64,000 bases of DNA from Streptosporangiaceae bacterium (GCA_035642125.1 DASQSZ010000034.1:2977-66976), one strand, 5' to 3'. Numbered from the stretch's first letter, positions 8,137 through 18,037 are shown. The notes: a model not told the origin generated them from the letters alone. Program-made: numbers and translations.

Positions 8137-9762
8137 TCAGGACGGTTGCTGGACTTCCAGGTCGCCCGCCGCGTACATGTCGCGCAACGTCCGCTTGGAG
8201 AATTTGCCGACGGAGGTCTTCGGCACCTCGCTGATGAACGCCCAGCGCTCGGGGAGCTGCCATTTCGCCACCCGGCCCGCGAGGAACTCCCGCAGCTCGG
8301 CCGCCGTCGCGGTTGCGTCGGCGCGCAGCACCACGGTGGCCAGCGGGCGTTCCGCCCACTTCTCGTCCGGTATGCCGATGACGGCGGCCTCCAGCACGTC
8401 GGGGTGGGACATGAGATGGTTCTCCAGCTCGACCGAGGAGATCCACTCACCGCCCGACTTGATGACGTCTTTGGCCCGATCCGTCAGCACAAGGAACCCG
8501 TCGGGGGAGACGGTTCCCACGTCTCCGGTGCGCAGCCAGCCGTCGTGGAAGCGGCCCGGGTCTTCGTCCTTGTGGTAGGCGCCGGTGATCCAGGCGCCGC
8601 GGATCTCGATCTCGCCGACGGATTGGCCGTCGGAAGGCAGCACCACGTCCCCGTCGCCGACCACCCGCACCTCGAGGCCGCACATGTAGCGGCCCTGGCT
8701 CATGCGGTAGCGCCAGGCCTCGTCGCCGGAGGCGTGGATCGGCGGGTGCGCCGCCGAGGCGAGCGGCGATGTCTCCGTCATGCCCCAGGCGTGCAGGATG
8801 CGGACGCCGAGTTCGTCGAAGCCGCGCATCAGCGACCCGGGGACGGCGGAGCCGCCGCAGGGCACGAGCCGGAGCGACGTGAGGTCAGACCCATGTTCGC
8901 GGGCGTAGCGCAGCACGTCGTTCCAGATCGTCGGGACGGCGCCGGAGATCGTCGGGCGTTCCGACTCGATGGCCTTTACCAGCGGCTCGGCCTGCAGGAA
9001 GCGGTCCGGCATGAGCAGCGCCGCACCGGCCATGACGGCGGCGTACGGCAGGCCCCAGGCATTGGCGTGGAACATCGGCACCACCGGGAGGACCTTGTCG
9101 GTCTGGTTCATCCCCATCGCGTTGCCGGTGCATACGGACATCGAGTGCAAGAACATCGACCGGTGCGAGTAGACGACGCCCTTGGGGTTGCCGGTCGTTC
9201 CGCTCGTGTAGCACATGGCCGCGGCCTGCCGCTCGTCGATCTCCTCCGGCCAGTCGAAGGTCTCGGGGGCGGCGGCGAGCAGGTCCTCGTACGAATGCAG
9301 TTCCTTGCCCGAGTCGGCCAACGGCGCGCGGTCTCCGGGGCCGGACACGATCACATGTCGTACGGTCTTCATCTCGCGCAGCACCCGCGCCAGCAGCGGG
9401 ATGAGCGACCCGTCCACCACCACGATCTCGTCCTCGGCGTGATTGGCGATGTAGATCAGCTGGTCGGGGAAGAGCCGGATGTTCAGCGTGTGCAACACCG
9501 CGCCCATGGCCGGTACGGCGAGATAGGCCTCTAGGTGCTCGGCGTTGTTCCACATGAAGGTGGCGACACGCTGGTCCCCGTCGACGCCCAGCCGCCGCAG
9601 TGCATTCGCCAGCCGGCCGACGCGCCGGCCCACCTCGCCGTACGACCGGCGCCGCACACCATCGTCGGTGACGGTCGCGACCTCGCACGAGTCATAGACG
9701 GTGGTCCCGTAACGCATGATCGACGTGATAGTGAGCGGAAAGTCCTGCATGGTGCTGAACAT
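8137..9762 (-). CDS. AMP-dependent acyl-CoA synthetase / long-chain fatty-acid-CoA ligase
   Basis: AMP-binding signature YTSGTTGNPKGVVYSHRS and TGDVG...DRAKDVIKSGGEWISS; start set to MFSTMQDF (9762) after GGGAGGAG. Confidence 0.9.
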   Translation of the reverse strand: MFSTMQDFPLTITSIMRYGTTVYDSCEVATVTDDGVRRRSYGEVGRRVGRLANALRRLGVDGDQRVATFMWNNAEHLEAYLAVPAMGAVLHTLNIRLFPDQLIYIANHAEDEIVVVDGSLIPLLARVLREMKTVRHVIVSGPGDRAPLADSGKELHSYEDLLAAAPETFDWPEEIDERQAAAMCYTSGTTGNPKGVVYSHRSMFLHSMSVCTGNAMGMNQTDKVLPVVPMFHANAWGLPYAAVMAGAALLMPDRFLQAEPLVKAIESERPTISGAVPTIWNDVLRYAREHGSDLTSLRLVPCGGSAVPGSLMRGFDELGVRILHAWGMTETSPLASAAHPPIHASGDEAWRYRMSQGRYMCGLEVRVVGDGDVVLPSDGQSVGEIEIRGAWITGAYHKDEDPGRFHDGWLRTGDVGTVSPDGFLVLTDRAKDVIKSGGEWISSVELENHLMSHPDVLEAAVIGIPDEKWAERPLATVVLRADATATAAELREFLAGRVAKWQLPERWAFISEVPKTSVGKFSKRTLRDMYAAGDLEVQQPS

Positions 9763-10098
9763 CGGCGCTCCTCCCGGCACATCCGCTTAGAACGGGATTC
9801 TTGTTGAGATGCCGGAGATTGTCAGTATCGACTCGCCAGCACGTTGGTCACGAGATGGGTTCTCCACCCGTTCCGCCGGGTTGCCCGCGGCTTAGGGGCG
9901 GCACTCGACCACGGCTTCAGGTCCATACCCGGGTGCGTACCCCTCCACCCCTACGTGGAACCCGGCGCCACCCCTATGCCGAGGCGGTGCCCACCCCGTC
10001 GAACGCACCTTTGGGCCGGCCCCAAAACCGCCGGACGACATGCCCTGGGTGTCCTCTGCATCGGCCGACCCGCGCGCGTCAGGCTCCGGCCGAGGCGA

Positions 10099-10617
10099 CT
10101 ACTTGGGAAGGTCCGGCAAGACGTCTTGCTCCAGTTCGGAGTCGTCCCGCAGTTTGGCCACGGCCCGCGACACGGTGCTCTTCACCGTGCCCACGCTGAC
10201 GCCGAGCGCCTCGGCGATCTCCGTTTCGGACATATCCTCGTAATAGCGCATCATGACTGCCATTCGTTGCCGCTTTGGCAGGCGTTCCAAGGCCCGGCTG
10301 AGCGCGTCGCGCAGATCGCTGCGCCGGGAGTGATCGTCATGAACGGGCAGATCGGGCAGCTCGTCGGTGGGATAGACCTCGAGTTTGCGCCGGCGCCACC
10401 AAGAGATCTGCGTATTGACCATCGCCCGGCGCACATATCCGTCAACGGCGGCGCGATCGTTGATACGGTCCCAGGCAAGATAAGTTTTGGCCAACGCCGC
10501 CTGCAGGAGGTCCTCCGCCTCCATATGGTCGCCTGCGAGTACGACCGCGGTTCGCAGCAACGCTGATCCGCGAGCCGCGACGTAGTCGCGGAAATCCTCA
10601 TGCTGAATATTGTTCAT
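10099..10617 (-). CDS. ECF-type RNA polymerase sigma-70 factor (SigE/SigM-like)
   Basis: 172 aa; region 2 (DLLQAALAKTYLAWDRI...GYVRRAMVN) and region 4 HTH (RQRMAVMMRYYEDMSETEIAEALGVSVGTVKSTVSRA). Confidence 0.9.
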   Translation of the reverse strand: MNNIQHEDFRDYVAARGSALLRTAVVLAGDHMEAEDLLQAALAKTYLAWDRINDRAAVDGYVRRAMVNTQISWWRRRKLEVYPTDELPDLPVHDDHSRRSDLRDALSRALERLPKRQRMAVMMRYYEDMSETEIAEALGVSVGTVKSTVSRAVAKLRDDSELEQDVLPDLPK

Positions 10618-10893
10618 GTCTTCACCCGACCCCAGGGGATTCCCGGCCTGGCACGCTGGACAGAAACAAGCCGACGATCAGACAGTCGCACGAAGATCGT
10701 AATTATGGATCAACATAAAAACCATATTCGGGTCAACCAGGAGGCAAGATCCTCTACCAGGTACACGAAGCTTCGCCCGCATCCAGCGTTTATGCGGACA
10801 AAACTCGACAGTCCCCCCTTAGGGGATAACCCTTGACAACACGGAGCCGACCAGCCGCATTGGTTAACAAGTGAAGTGGTCTGGAGCACCCCT

Positions 10894-11820
10894 ATGCAAC
10901 AGTCCCCCATCGATACCTCCTACCGGCGCCGCCTACGGCAGGCGGTGTTCCCGGTTGCGGAAAGCTCCGCGCCGGAGCCGCGACGGCCCGCCGCCGTGAC
11001 CGGCCTCATCCTGGACGCCGGCCCGCACCTGCTGGTGCTCGCGACCCCCGACGGGAGAGAGGTACGCCAGCCCATCTCCGACCAGACCGCTGTGTGGTAC
11101 GCCGGAACGGCCGATCGCACCGCGCTCCAGCCCGGCCGGCGCGCCATCGTCCGGCCCACCCCGGACGGCTCGGTCGCCGACCGCGTCTGGGTGGACATCA
11201 TCCGCGCCAACGGCACGATCGTGGCGCGCGATCGTACGACCGTGGAGATCGACGAAGGCCCGCACCGGGGCCGCACCCACGTGGTCATCCCCGCGCGTTC
11301 GCTGAGCCACATCCTGGTCCGGCATCCGCACTTCGACCCCGGCTATCTCTTCGACGTGATCGGGGTCCGCTCGGACAGCGGCCTGGTCGCCGTCCGGCCT
11401 GGCGCCCCGCAGCCTCCCTATCCCGCCGACCACGTGCCCAAGCCGCGCCCGGTCACGCCCGTGCCCCACGTCCTGGCCGGAACGGCGACGTGGTTCGGCA
11501 AGCTCGCGTCATGCCAGCAGGCCGCCTACCCGGCGCTGGATCCGAGCAGCGGCGGCTGCGCGGCCGCGCACGGCGGGTGCGCGCGCCTACCGTACTTGTC
11601 CCTTGGTAGTGAACTGCTCGTTCGCAACGAGTGCACCGGGCGTTCGGCCACCGTCCCGGTGACGGAGTGCGGCTGCGTGGCGGCACGTTTCTGCGATCGG
11701 TGCGTTCAGTGTGGTACGTCCCCGCGTGGGCGAATTGTCGAGCTTAGTCCCGCGAGCTTTGTCGATCTGGGTGGTGACCTCGACGAAGGCTGCTTCAATG
11801 TCACAGTCAGAGTGGGGTGA
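10894..11820 (+). CDS. hypothetical protein with C-terminal RlpA/expansin-like double-psi beta-barrel (DPBB), Cys-rich
   Basis: C-terminus GTATWFG...LPYLSLGSELLVRNECTGRSATVPVTECG...RIVELSPASFVDLG...NVTVRV resembles DPBB_1; ATG 10894 chosen inside ORF 10876. Confidence 0.55.
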   Translation: MQQSPIDTSYRRRLRQAVFPVAESSAPEPRRPAAVTGLILDAGPHLLVLATPDGREVRQPISDQTAVWYAGTADRTALQPGRRAIVRPTPDGSVADRVWVDIIRANGTIVARDRTTVEIDEGPHRGRTHVVIPARSLSHILVRHPHFDPGYLFDVIGVRSDSGLVAVRPGAPQPPYPADHVPKPRPVTPVPHVLAGTATWFGKLASCQQAAYPALDPSSGGCAAAHGGCARLPYLSLGSELLVRNECTGRSATVPVTECGCVAARFCDRCVQCGTSPRGRIVELSPASFVDLGGDLDEGCFNVTVRVG

Positions 11821-11823
11821 GTC

Positions 11824-12636
11824 ATGGTCGAAACCTTCCAGGAGGCCCAGCTTCCTCTGTTGGCCTGCGCACTCATCTCGGCCTGTGTGGCAAAGATCGC
11901 CATCCGAGAGCCGAGCGACACCATCGGCCCTGGTCCCCTCACCACACTGCGCCGGCATCGGCCCGCGGTCGTCACGGTGGCGATCGTCGAAGGCTGCCTC
12001 GGCGTCGCTTTGCTCGTCACGGCCCACCCGGTGGCCCGGCTCGGGACGATCGTGGTCTTCTTCGTCGCCACGTCGGTGGTCTTCCTGCTGCGCGGGAGCA
12101 AGGCCGACGAAGGATGCGGCTGCTTCGGCGGGCTGAGCACGACACCCGTACGGTTCCGCACGGTGCTGCGGGCCTGCCTGTTCCTGCTTGCCGCGCTGGC
12201 CGTGGTGGCCGTGCCCGCGACCGGCCTCGACGTCATTCGCGACGGAACCGTCGTGCACGCCGCCATCGCGATCGGCGAACTCGCCGTGTTCGCCGCGTTG
12301 TCGCCGGAGATCGGCGTGCTGGTCGCCCGGCGCCGGGAGCGGATCCCGTGCGAGCACCGCACCGTTCCGCTGGCCGAGACGTTCGCGACCTTGCACGCGA
12401 GTCAGCAGTGGCGCACGTATTCGCCGCTGATCGTCACCGCCGACCCGGCCGACATGTGGCGGGAGCTGTGCTGGCGCTTCCTGGTCTACCGGGGTCAGGA
12501 GAACGGTGAGGACGTCGAGATCGTCTTCGCGGTGTCGACCGACGAGCGCGACGGGACGGTGAAGGCGGCGATCGTACGGCCGGACGACGACGACAGCGAC
12601 ACCGGCCCCAACCACATGTACGCCCTGTCGGTGTGA
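11824..12636 (+). CDS. MauE/DoxX-family membrane protein with C-terminal soluble extension
   Basis: 4 TM helices and the GCGCFG motif characteristic of MauE-like proteins; starts 4 nt after the previous stop. Confidence 0.7.
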   Translation: MVETFQEAQLPLLACALISACVAKIAIREPSDTIGPGPLTTLRRHRPAVVTVAIVEGCLGVALLVTAHPVARLGTIVVFFVATSVVFLLRGSKADEGCGCFGGLSTTPVRFRTVLRACLFLLAALAVVAVPATGLDVIRDGTVVHAAIAIGELAVFAALSPEIGVLVARRRERIPCEHRTVPLAETFATLHASQQWRTYSPLIVTADPADMWRELCWRFLVYRGQENGEDVEIVFAVSTDERDGTVKAAIVRPDDDDSDTGPNHMYALSV

Positions 12637-12696
12637 AGCCGGACCGCTTGAAACCGGAACGCTCTCGAACCGGACCAGCCTGAAGCCGATCCGGCC
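12635..12696. repeat. four degenerate ~15-17-nt tandem repeats (GAARCCGGAMC-N5-6)
   Basis: GAAGCCGGACCGCTT / GAAACCGGAACGCTCTC / GAACCGGACCAGCCT / GAAGCCGATCCGGCC directly after the MauE-like stop codon. Confidence 0.5.
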
Positions 12697-12826
12697 TTAC
12701 GCCTGTGCGAATCTACCCGTTTCTAGATCCACGCCTAGACTCACGTAGCCGGCCACAGACGACTACAGACGACCGCGGCCGGCCGGCGCTCGGAACTCGT
12801 GCACGGCATGGCCCGTTGGGCTCGGC

Positions 12827-13114
12827 ATGAGCGCCTTGACCTGTCCGAAGTGCCACGGCCACATGCGGCAGTACGAGCGGAACAGCGTGCACGTGGACCA
12901 GTGCTCAGACTGTCGCGGGATCTTCCTCGATCATGGTGAGTTGGAGCGGCTCATCGAGGCCGAGGCCCGCTGGGGCGCCGGCGGACCAGCGGCCTTCGCC
13001 GGCGAGGATGACTGGGACGACGACCGGCGGCGTTCGGCGCACTTCGGCGGCCACCACAAACCGCACCCCCAAAAGCGCAAGAAGAGCTTCATGGAAGGCC
13101 TCTTCGACGACTGA
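12827..13114 (+). CDS. TFIIB-type zinc-ribbon protein
   Basis: CPKCHGHM...VHVDQCSDCRGIFLDHGELERLIE matches the zf-TFIIB small-protein family. Confidence 0.75.
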   Translation: MSALTCPKCHGHMRQYERNSVHVDQCSDCRGIFLDHGELERLIEAEARWGAGGPAAFAGEDDWDDDRRRSAHFGGHHKPHPQKRKKSFMEGLFDD

Positions 13115-13479
13115 GCTACGCGGGACGACACCGGGCGCGGTTGACGCCAGACAAACATGCCACGGACGTGGCCATGGCGTGACCACCTGCGTTCCTCGTC
13201 GCCGGAGCGGGATCGCGCGGGGCGGGCAGACGGCTCACACCACGGCCCAGGCCAATGCACGGCCGGCGGCCTCCCCGTCCCGCCCGGCGGGATCGCGGGA
13301 TGGCCGCCGCGCTCACGGTGGTCGCGTGCATGCGGCTATCTATCGCCGTCTAGCGGACAGCCTAGAAACCCGTATACAACCATCGAGAAGACCGCCGGAC
13401 GTCGGCAGCCGCTAAGCCGGCCGAGCAACGAGGGTGGTCGCTCGGTGTTATGCGCGGAGGTATAAGCCCGAGGCGGCGG

Positions 13480-14667
13480 CTATGCGGGTTGGGCGCGCAG
13501 GAACTGGCCGAAGTGCGGCACGGTGAAGGCCACCAAGCCGCGCTCGGCGCTATAGATGAGTCCCTTTTTGATCAGGCCGTCGCGGGCCGGCGACAGACTG
13601 GACGGCTTGCGTCCGAGCTCCTCGGCCACCTCGGCGGTCGGCACGGGCTCGTCGCCGAGCATCGCCATGGCGCGCATGTAGTCGCGCTCGGCCGGGGTGG
13701 CGCGCTCGTACCTGCTGCCGAAGAAGCCGACCGCCAGCTCGCTTTCGGCCTCGGGTGCGGCGACCTTGACGTCGCCATCGGTGATCGGAGACTCGGGTGC
13801 GACGTCCCAAGCCACCTTCCCGTACGCCTGAACGAAGTAGGGATAGCCGTCGGCCGCCGCGTACAGCGCGTCGAGCGCGTCGCGGGTGAAGGTCACCTGC
13901 TCGCGCTCGGCCGGCGCGAGCAGCGCGAAGTCAGCGGCATCGCGGTCGAGCCGGTCGATGCGGGCGTAGCGGAACAGCCGCTCGGAGTAGGACTTGCTGG
14001 CCGACAGCACGGCCGGCAGATGCGGCAGCCCCGCCCCCACCACGATCAGCGGGCCACCGATCTGCGACAGCTCGTGGCAGGCGGCGCACAGCGCGGACAC
14101 GTCCTCGGCCGGGACGTCCTGCATCTCGTCGACGAACAGGGCGACCCCCACGCCGAGGTCAGTGGCGACGGAGGCGGCGTCCACGAACAGCTCGGTCAGA
14201 TCGATCTCGAGATCGCCGGAGTCGGCCCGCCCCCGCGCGGCGGGCACATCGATGCCCGGTTGCCAGCGATGCGCGGTGGCCTTTTTGCCCGATTGCGGGC
14301 TGGCCTGGGCGAACGCCTTGAGGACGCCGAGGAAGTCGGTGATCCGGTCGGGAGCGAGATGGCGCGGCGCGAGCTCACGGATCGCCATGTGCAACGCCGC
14401 CGCGACCGGCCGCCGCACCGACTGCTCGGGCCGCGCCTCGATCTTGCCGGTGCCCCACAACCGCTGGATGGCCATCGAGCGGAAGGTGTTGAGCAGCACC
14501 GTCTTGCCGACGCCGCGCAGCCCGGTGAGGATCATGCTGCGCTCCGGGCGGCCGCGGGCCACCCGCTCGAGCACGACCTCGAACTGCTGCACCTCACGGT
14601 CGCGCCCGGCGAGCTCGGGGGGTCGCTGCCCGGCGCCGGGCGCGTAGGGATTCCGAACGGGGTCCAC
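13480..14667 (-). CDS. AAA-type ATPase (Arch_ATPase/ORC-like) with C-terminal winged helix
   Basis: NPYAPGAGQRPPELAGRDRE..., Walker A GLRGVGKT, Walker B ALFVDEMQD, C-terminal wHTH; start uncertain: GTG 14667 preferred because an AT-richer promoter-like stretch lies upstream; ATG 14805 is the alternative. Confidence 0.7.
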   Translation of the reverse strand: MDPVRNPYAPGAGQRPPELAGRDREVQQFEVVLERVARGRPERSMILTGLRGVGKTVLLNTFRSMAIQRLWGTGKIEARPEQSVRRPVAAALHMAIRELAPRHLAPDRITDFLGVLKAFAQASPQSGKKATAHRWQPGIDVPAARGRADSGDLEIDLTELFVDAASVATDLGVGVALFVDEMQDVPAEDVSALCAACHELSQIGGPLIVVGAGLPHLPAVLSASKSYSERLFRYARIDRLDRDAADFALLAPAEREQVTFTRDALDALYAAADGYPYFVQAYGKVAWDVAPESPITDGDVKVAAPEAESELAVGFFGSRYERATPAERDYMRAMAMLGDEPVPTAEVAEELGRKPSSLSPARDGLIKKGLIYSAERGLVAFTVPHFGQFLRAQPA

Positions 14668-14973
14668 GCTCTCGGACTTTATGAGGCGATATAGCTGTGG
14701 CCGTAGATTTGGATAGAAAGTCGTACGGCGTGTCGCGGGTCGCGGCCGCCGCTGCCCTCTCCCTCGGCACTGGGCCGTCGATGCCGGACTCATCGTCGCC
14801 ACCATGCCGCCTCCCCTGCCGTGCCGCCGCGCCACGCCATGCACCCCGAACCCGCGCGTCGAACTGACGTTCGATGTATTCGAACACACTAGCGCACGGC
14901 CGCCCCCGCGGCACAACCCCGCAGCACAAACGCAGGCACAAACGCACGGCACAAACCGCACGGAGGAAGCGGG

Positions 14974-15966
14974 TCAGCCCACCGGGTCGTCGGCGGCGGT
15001 TTGGTGGGGCACCCGCTCCGCGGGAATCGTGCCCATGCGTCCGGCCTGGAAGTCTTCGAACGCCTGGATGATCTCGGCTCGGGTATTCATCACGAACGGC
15101 CCGTACCGCGCGATCGGCTCGCGGATCGGCAGCCCGCCGAGCACCAGGACCTCCCAGCCGGCCTGGGCGGCCGACGGCTGCGTGTCGGCGGCCCGCACGC
15201 GGATCGCCGCGCCCTCGCCGAACACGGCCAACTGCCCTTCCCCCAGGGGCCGTTCCTCGGCGCCGGCGACGCCGCGGCCGGACAGGACGTACACCAGCGC
15301 GTTGAAGTCGCGTGGCCACGGCAGGGTGAGCCGGGCGCCGGGCGCGACGGTCGCGTGCAGATAGGTGATGGGCGTGTAGGTGATGCCCGGTCCCTCGTGT
15401 CCGGCCAGCGAGCCCGCGATGATCCGTACGAGCGAGGCGCCGTCGTCGGTGGCCAGCAGCTTCACGTCACGCGCTTCGATGTCCTGGTAGCGGGGCGGCG
15501 TCCACTTTCGTGCGCGCGGCAGGTTCACCCACAGCTGCACGCCGTGGAAGAGCCCGCCCGTGGCCACGAGCTCAGGCGGCGGCTGCTCGATGTGCTGGAT
15601 GCCGGCGCCAGCGGTCATCCACTGGGTGGCGCCGTCGGAGATGAGTCCGCCGCCGCCCGTGGTGTCCTGGTGCCGGAAGGCGCCGTCGAGGATGTACGTC
15701 ACCGTCTCGAAGCCGCGATGCGGATGCCACGGCGTGCCCTTGGCCTCACCGGGCCCGTACTCGACGGCCCCCATGTGGTCGAGCAGGACGAACGGGTCGG
15801 CCAGCTCCAGGTCGACGCCGGGGAACGGGCGGCGGACCTGGAAGCCCTCGCCCTCGAGGTGCCGCTGCCCGGTGACGATCCGGGTCACCGGCCGCCAGTC
15901 GGTCTCGGTCTCCGGCAGGCGGGGTAGCCGGGGCAGGGTGAGCGTGTCCGCGGTAACGGCTGGCAT
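14974..15966 (-). CDS. pirin family protein (bicupin)
   Basis: WHPHRGFETVTYILDG cupin motif; start MPAVTADT (15966) preceded by GAAGGAGA. Confidence 0.9.
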   Translation of the reverse strand: MPAVTADTLTLPRLPRLPETETDWRPVTRIVTGQRHLEGEGFQVRRPFPGVDLELADPFVLLDHMGAVEYGPGEAKGTPWHPHRGFETVTYILDGAFRHQDTTGGGGLISDGATQWMTAGAGIQHIEQPPPELVATGGLFHGVQLWVNLPRARKWTPPRYQDIEARDVKLLATDDGASLVRIIAGSLAGHEGPGITYTPITYLHATVAPGARLTLPWPRDFNALVYVLSGRGVAGAEERPLGEGQLAVFGEGAAIRVRAADTQPSAAQAGWEVLVLGGLPIREPIARYGPFVMNTRAEIIQAFEDFQAGRMGTIPAERVPHQTAADDPVG

Positions 15967-16069
15967 CGGGTCTCCTTCATCGTCCTGAACCAAGGAATAT
16001 GATTGAAGGTTCAACTATTCCTGTGCGCGGACTCGCCGAACCCGTACCCCCTCACCATAAGTGATGGGT

Positions 16070-16085
16070 AGTTGAACGTTCAACT
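16070..16085. promoter_or_regulatory. perfect 16-bp palindrome AGTTGAACGTTCAACT, putative MarR operator
   Basis: Lies in the pirin/MarR divergent intergenic region; related half-palindrome TTGAAGGTTCAA at 16003-16014. Confidence 0.5.
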
Positions 16086-16103
16086 CTCGGCTACACTGGG
16101 TAC

Positions 16104-16565
16104 GTGTCCGAAACCCGCTGGCTTACCCCTCCGCAGCAGCGCGACTGGCGCGCCTTCGTCGATGGCAGCGTGCGCCTGCTCGACGTTCTCGACCAATCCC
16201 TCAAGTCGGGACACGGGCTGTCAATGGCAGAGTACGAAATCCTCGTACGACTTTCCGAGGCGCCGGACAGAAAACTGCGAATGGCCCAGCTGGCGGCGGA
16301 GGCCAGCCAGTCGCGCAGCCGGCTCTCGCACACCTGCACCCGCCTCGAGCAAAAGGGATTGGTCCGGCGGGAGACCTGCCCGAGCGACAAACGCGGCGTC
16401 TTGGCGCATCTGACGGACGAGGGATTCAGGGCGCTGGAGCGGGCCGCCCACGATCACGTGAACACCGTGCGCGACTTCTTCATCGAGGTCGTGGAGCCCG
16501 CCGACCTGGAGGCCATCGGCCGGGCGTTCTCAGCCATCATCGTCCGGGTGGACAAGAGCCGCTGA
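16104..16565 (+). CDS. MarR family transcriptional regulator
   Basis: 153 aa; GLSMAEYEILVRLSEAP...LRMAQLAAEASQSRSRLSHTCTRLEQKGLVRRETCPSDKRG is a typical MarR wHTH; GTG start. Confidence 0.9.
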   Translation: MSETRWLTPPQQRDWRAFVDGSVRLLDVLDQSLKSGHGLSMAEYEILVRLSEAPDRKLRMAQLAAEASQSRSRLSHTCTRLEQKGLVRRETCPSDKRGVLAHLTDEGFRALERAAHDHVNTVRDFFIEVVEPADLEAIGRAFSAIIVRVDKSR

Positions 16566-16629
16566 CCCACTCCTCCTTCGTTCCGTCCGCCGGCGCACGC
16601 GCCGAGGCGGCCCGCCCGAAACCGCGGGC

Positions 16630-17175
16630 TCAAGGGTTGAGGCCGGTGAAATAGCCCGCCGAGATCAGCGTCATGAAGACCCAGCCCAGCATCAGCCCGA
16701 CGCCGACCGGGCGGAACGCGCCGCGAATGCTCCAGATCATCAGCGCCCCGAGGCCGAAGGCGAGCAGCGCCAGCGTGATGGCCTGCGGCAGCAGGTTGGT
16801 CGAACTGTGCGTACGGAACGGCGCGTACATCATGATGCTGTCCACAATCATGAAGATCACGAAGCCGGTCGTGGTCAGGCCGATCTCGCGGCATCCCGGG
16901 GCCCCGGCCGATGGCACGCCCGATCGCGCCCAAATGGCTCCCTGCCAGGCCGGCGACCGCCGCTGCCCGAGCCCGGGTTCGGGCAGGCCGGGCTCGGGCA
17001 GCGCCACGGAGTCGGCCGCCGCCTCGTGCGCGACCGGCATCCGTGAGCCGTCCGATGGTACGACGGGCGGCACGTCTGCGGCGTCATCCGCATCCTCAGC
17101 GTCGACGGCATCGCCGAACAGATCGTCGAGCAGGGACTTGTCGTCCTGGTAGGACTCGTCGCCCGGGTCCTTCAT
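16630..17175 (-). CDS. hypothetical membrane protein with acidic N-terminus
   Basis: 181-aa ORF; acidic N-terminal tail, PEPGL repeat, 3-4 C-terminal TM helices. Confidence 0.5.
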   Translation of the reverse strand: MKDPGDESYQDDKSLLDDLFGDAVDAEDADDAADVPPVVPSDGSRMPVAHEAAADSVALPEPGLPEPGLGQRRSPAWQGAIWARSGVPSAGAPGCREIGLTTTGFVIFMIVDSIMMYAPFRTHSSTNLLPQAITLALLAFGLGALMIWSIRGAFRPVGVGLMLGWVFMTLISAGYFTGLNP

Positions 17176-17287
17176 GTCCCGGCCCTTTGTGTCGTGGCAA
17201 CCCCGGGAGGGCGGCCGTTACGGGGCACCGTAGCCGAGATCCCGCCCATGGGTCATCAGAGCACACCCCGATCCATGTAATCTCGTC

Positions 17288-18037
17288 ATGATGCAGGTGA
17301 AAGGCTTGATCACATTGGCCGTCGCAGTCGTGGCGCTCGCCGGCTGCGGCTCCGGCGGCGCCGCGCCCCCGACCGCCACGGGCTCGGCTTCCGACCGTTC
17401 CCCGGCGGCGACGCAGCCGACCGCGACCGCTTCGCCGAGCGCCAAGGCGAGGGCGAAGCCCAGGCCGGCGGCGTTCAGCGCACGGATTCAGCGGATCCCG
17501 TCCCGTACGACGCTCAAGCACTCCTGGCGGCCGGGTTGCCCGGTCCCGATCTCCAGGCTCCGACTGATCACCATGACGTACTTGGGCTTCGACAAGCGGC
17601 CGCATCAAGGCAGGTTGGTGGTCAACGCCAAGGCCGCCGACGATATCGTCAAGGTCTTCAAGCGACTTTACGCCGCGCGTTATCCGATCCGGCGGATGGA
17701 ACTCGTCGACAAATACAAGGGCAGTGATTTCGACTCGATCGAGGCCGACAACACCTCGGCGTTCAACTGCCGCAGCGCCACCGGCTCAAGCTCTTGGTCG
17801 CAGCACGCCTTCGGCCTCGCCATCGATATCAACCCCTGCGAGAATCCCTACGTCACGGCGTCCGGCAGCGTGGCGCACAGGGACTGCGTGAAGTATCGCA
17901 ATCGCACCCGGCGTGACCCGGGCGTCATCCACAAGGACGGCGTCGTGCACCGGGCCTTTAGGGCGATCGGCTGGGGCTGGGGCGGTCTTTGGAGTGGCAC
18001 CCGCGACTATCAGCACTTTTCCAGCACCGGCCGCTAG
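17288..18037 (+). CDS. M15 family (VanY/LAS-type) metallopeptidase lipoprotein
   Basis: Lipobox LAGCGSG; SQHAFGLAIDIN and DYQHFS zinc-ligand motifs of D-Ala-D-Ala carboxypeptidase-like peptidases. Confidence 0.85.
   Translation: MMQVKGLITLAVAVVALAGCGSGGAAPPTATGSASDRSPAATQPTATASPSAKARAKPRPAAFSARIQRIPSRTTLKHSWRPGCPVPISRLRLITMTYLGFDKRPHQGRLVVNAKAADDIVKVFKRLYAARYPIRRMELVDKYKGSDFDSIEADNTSAFNCRSATGSSSWSQHAFGLAIDINPCENPYVTASGSVAHRDCVKYRNRTRRDPGVIHKDGVVHRAFRAIGWGWGGLWSGTRDYQHFSSTGR

Noticed and set aside
10618-10893. c-di-AMP (ydaO-type) riboswitch upstream of the DPBB gene (also considered at 17176-17287 upstream of the M15 peptidase)
   Set aside because: Wall-hydrolase-like genes often carry this riboswitch. 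I could not find the conserved pseudo-symmetric GGGGA/CCCGAACC/AGCUAACC elements, only generic small hairpins.
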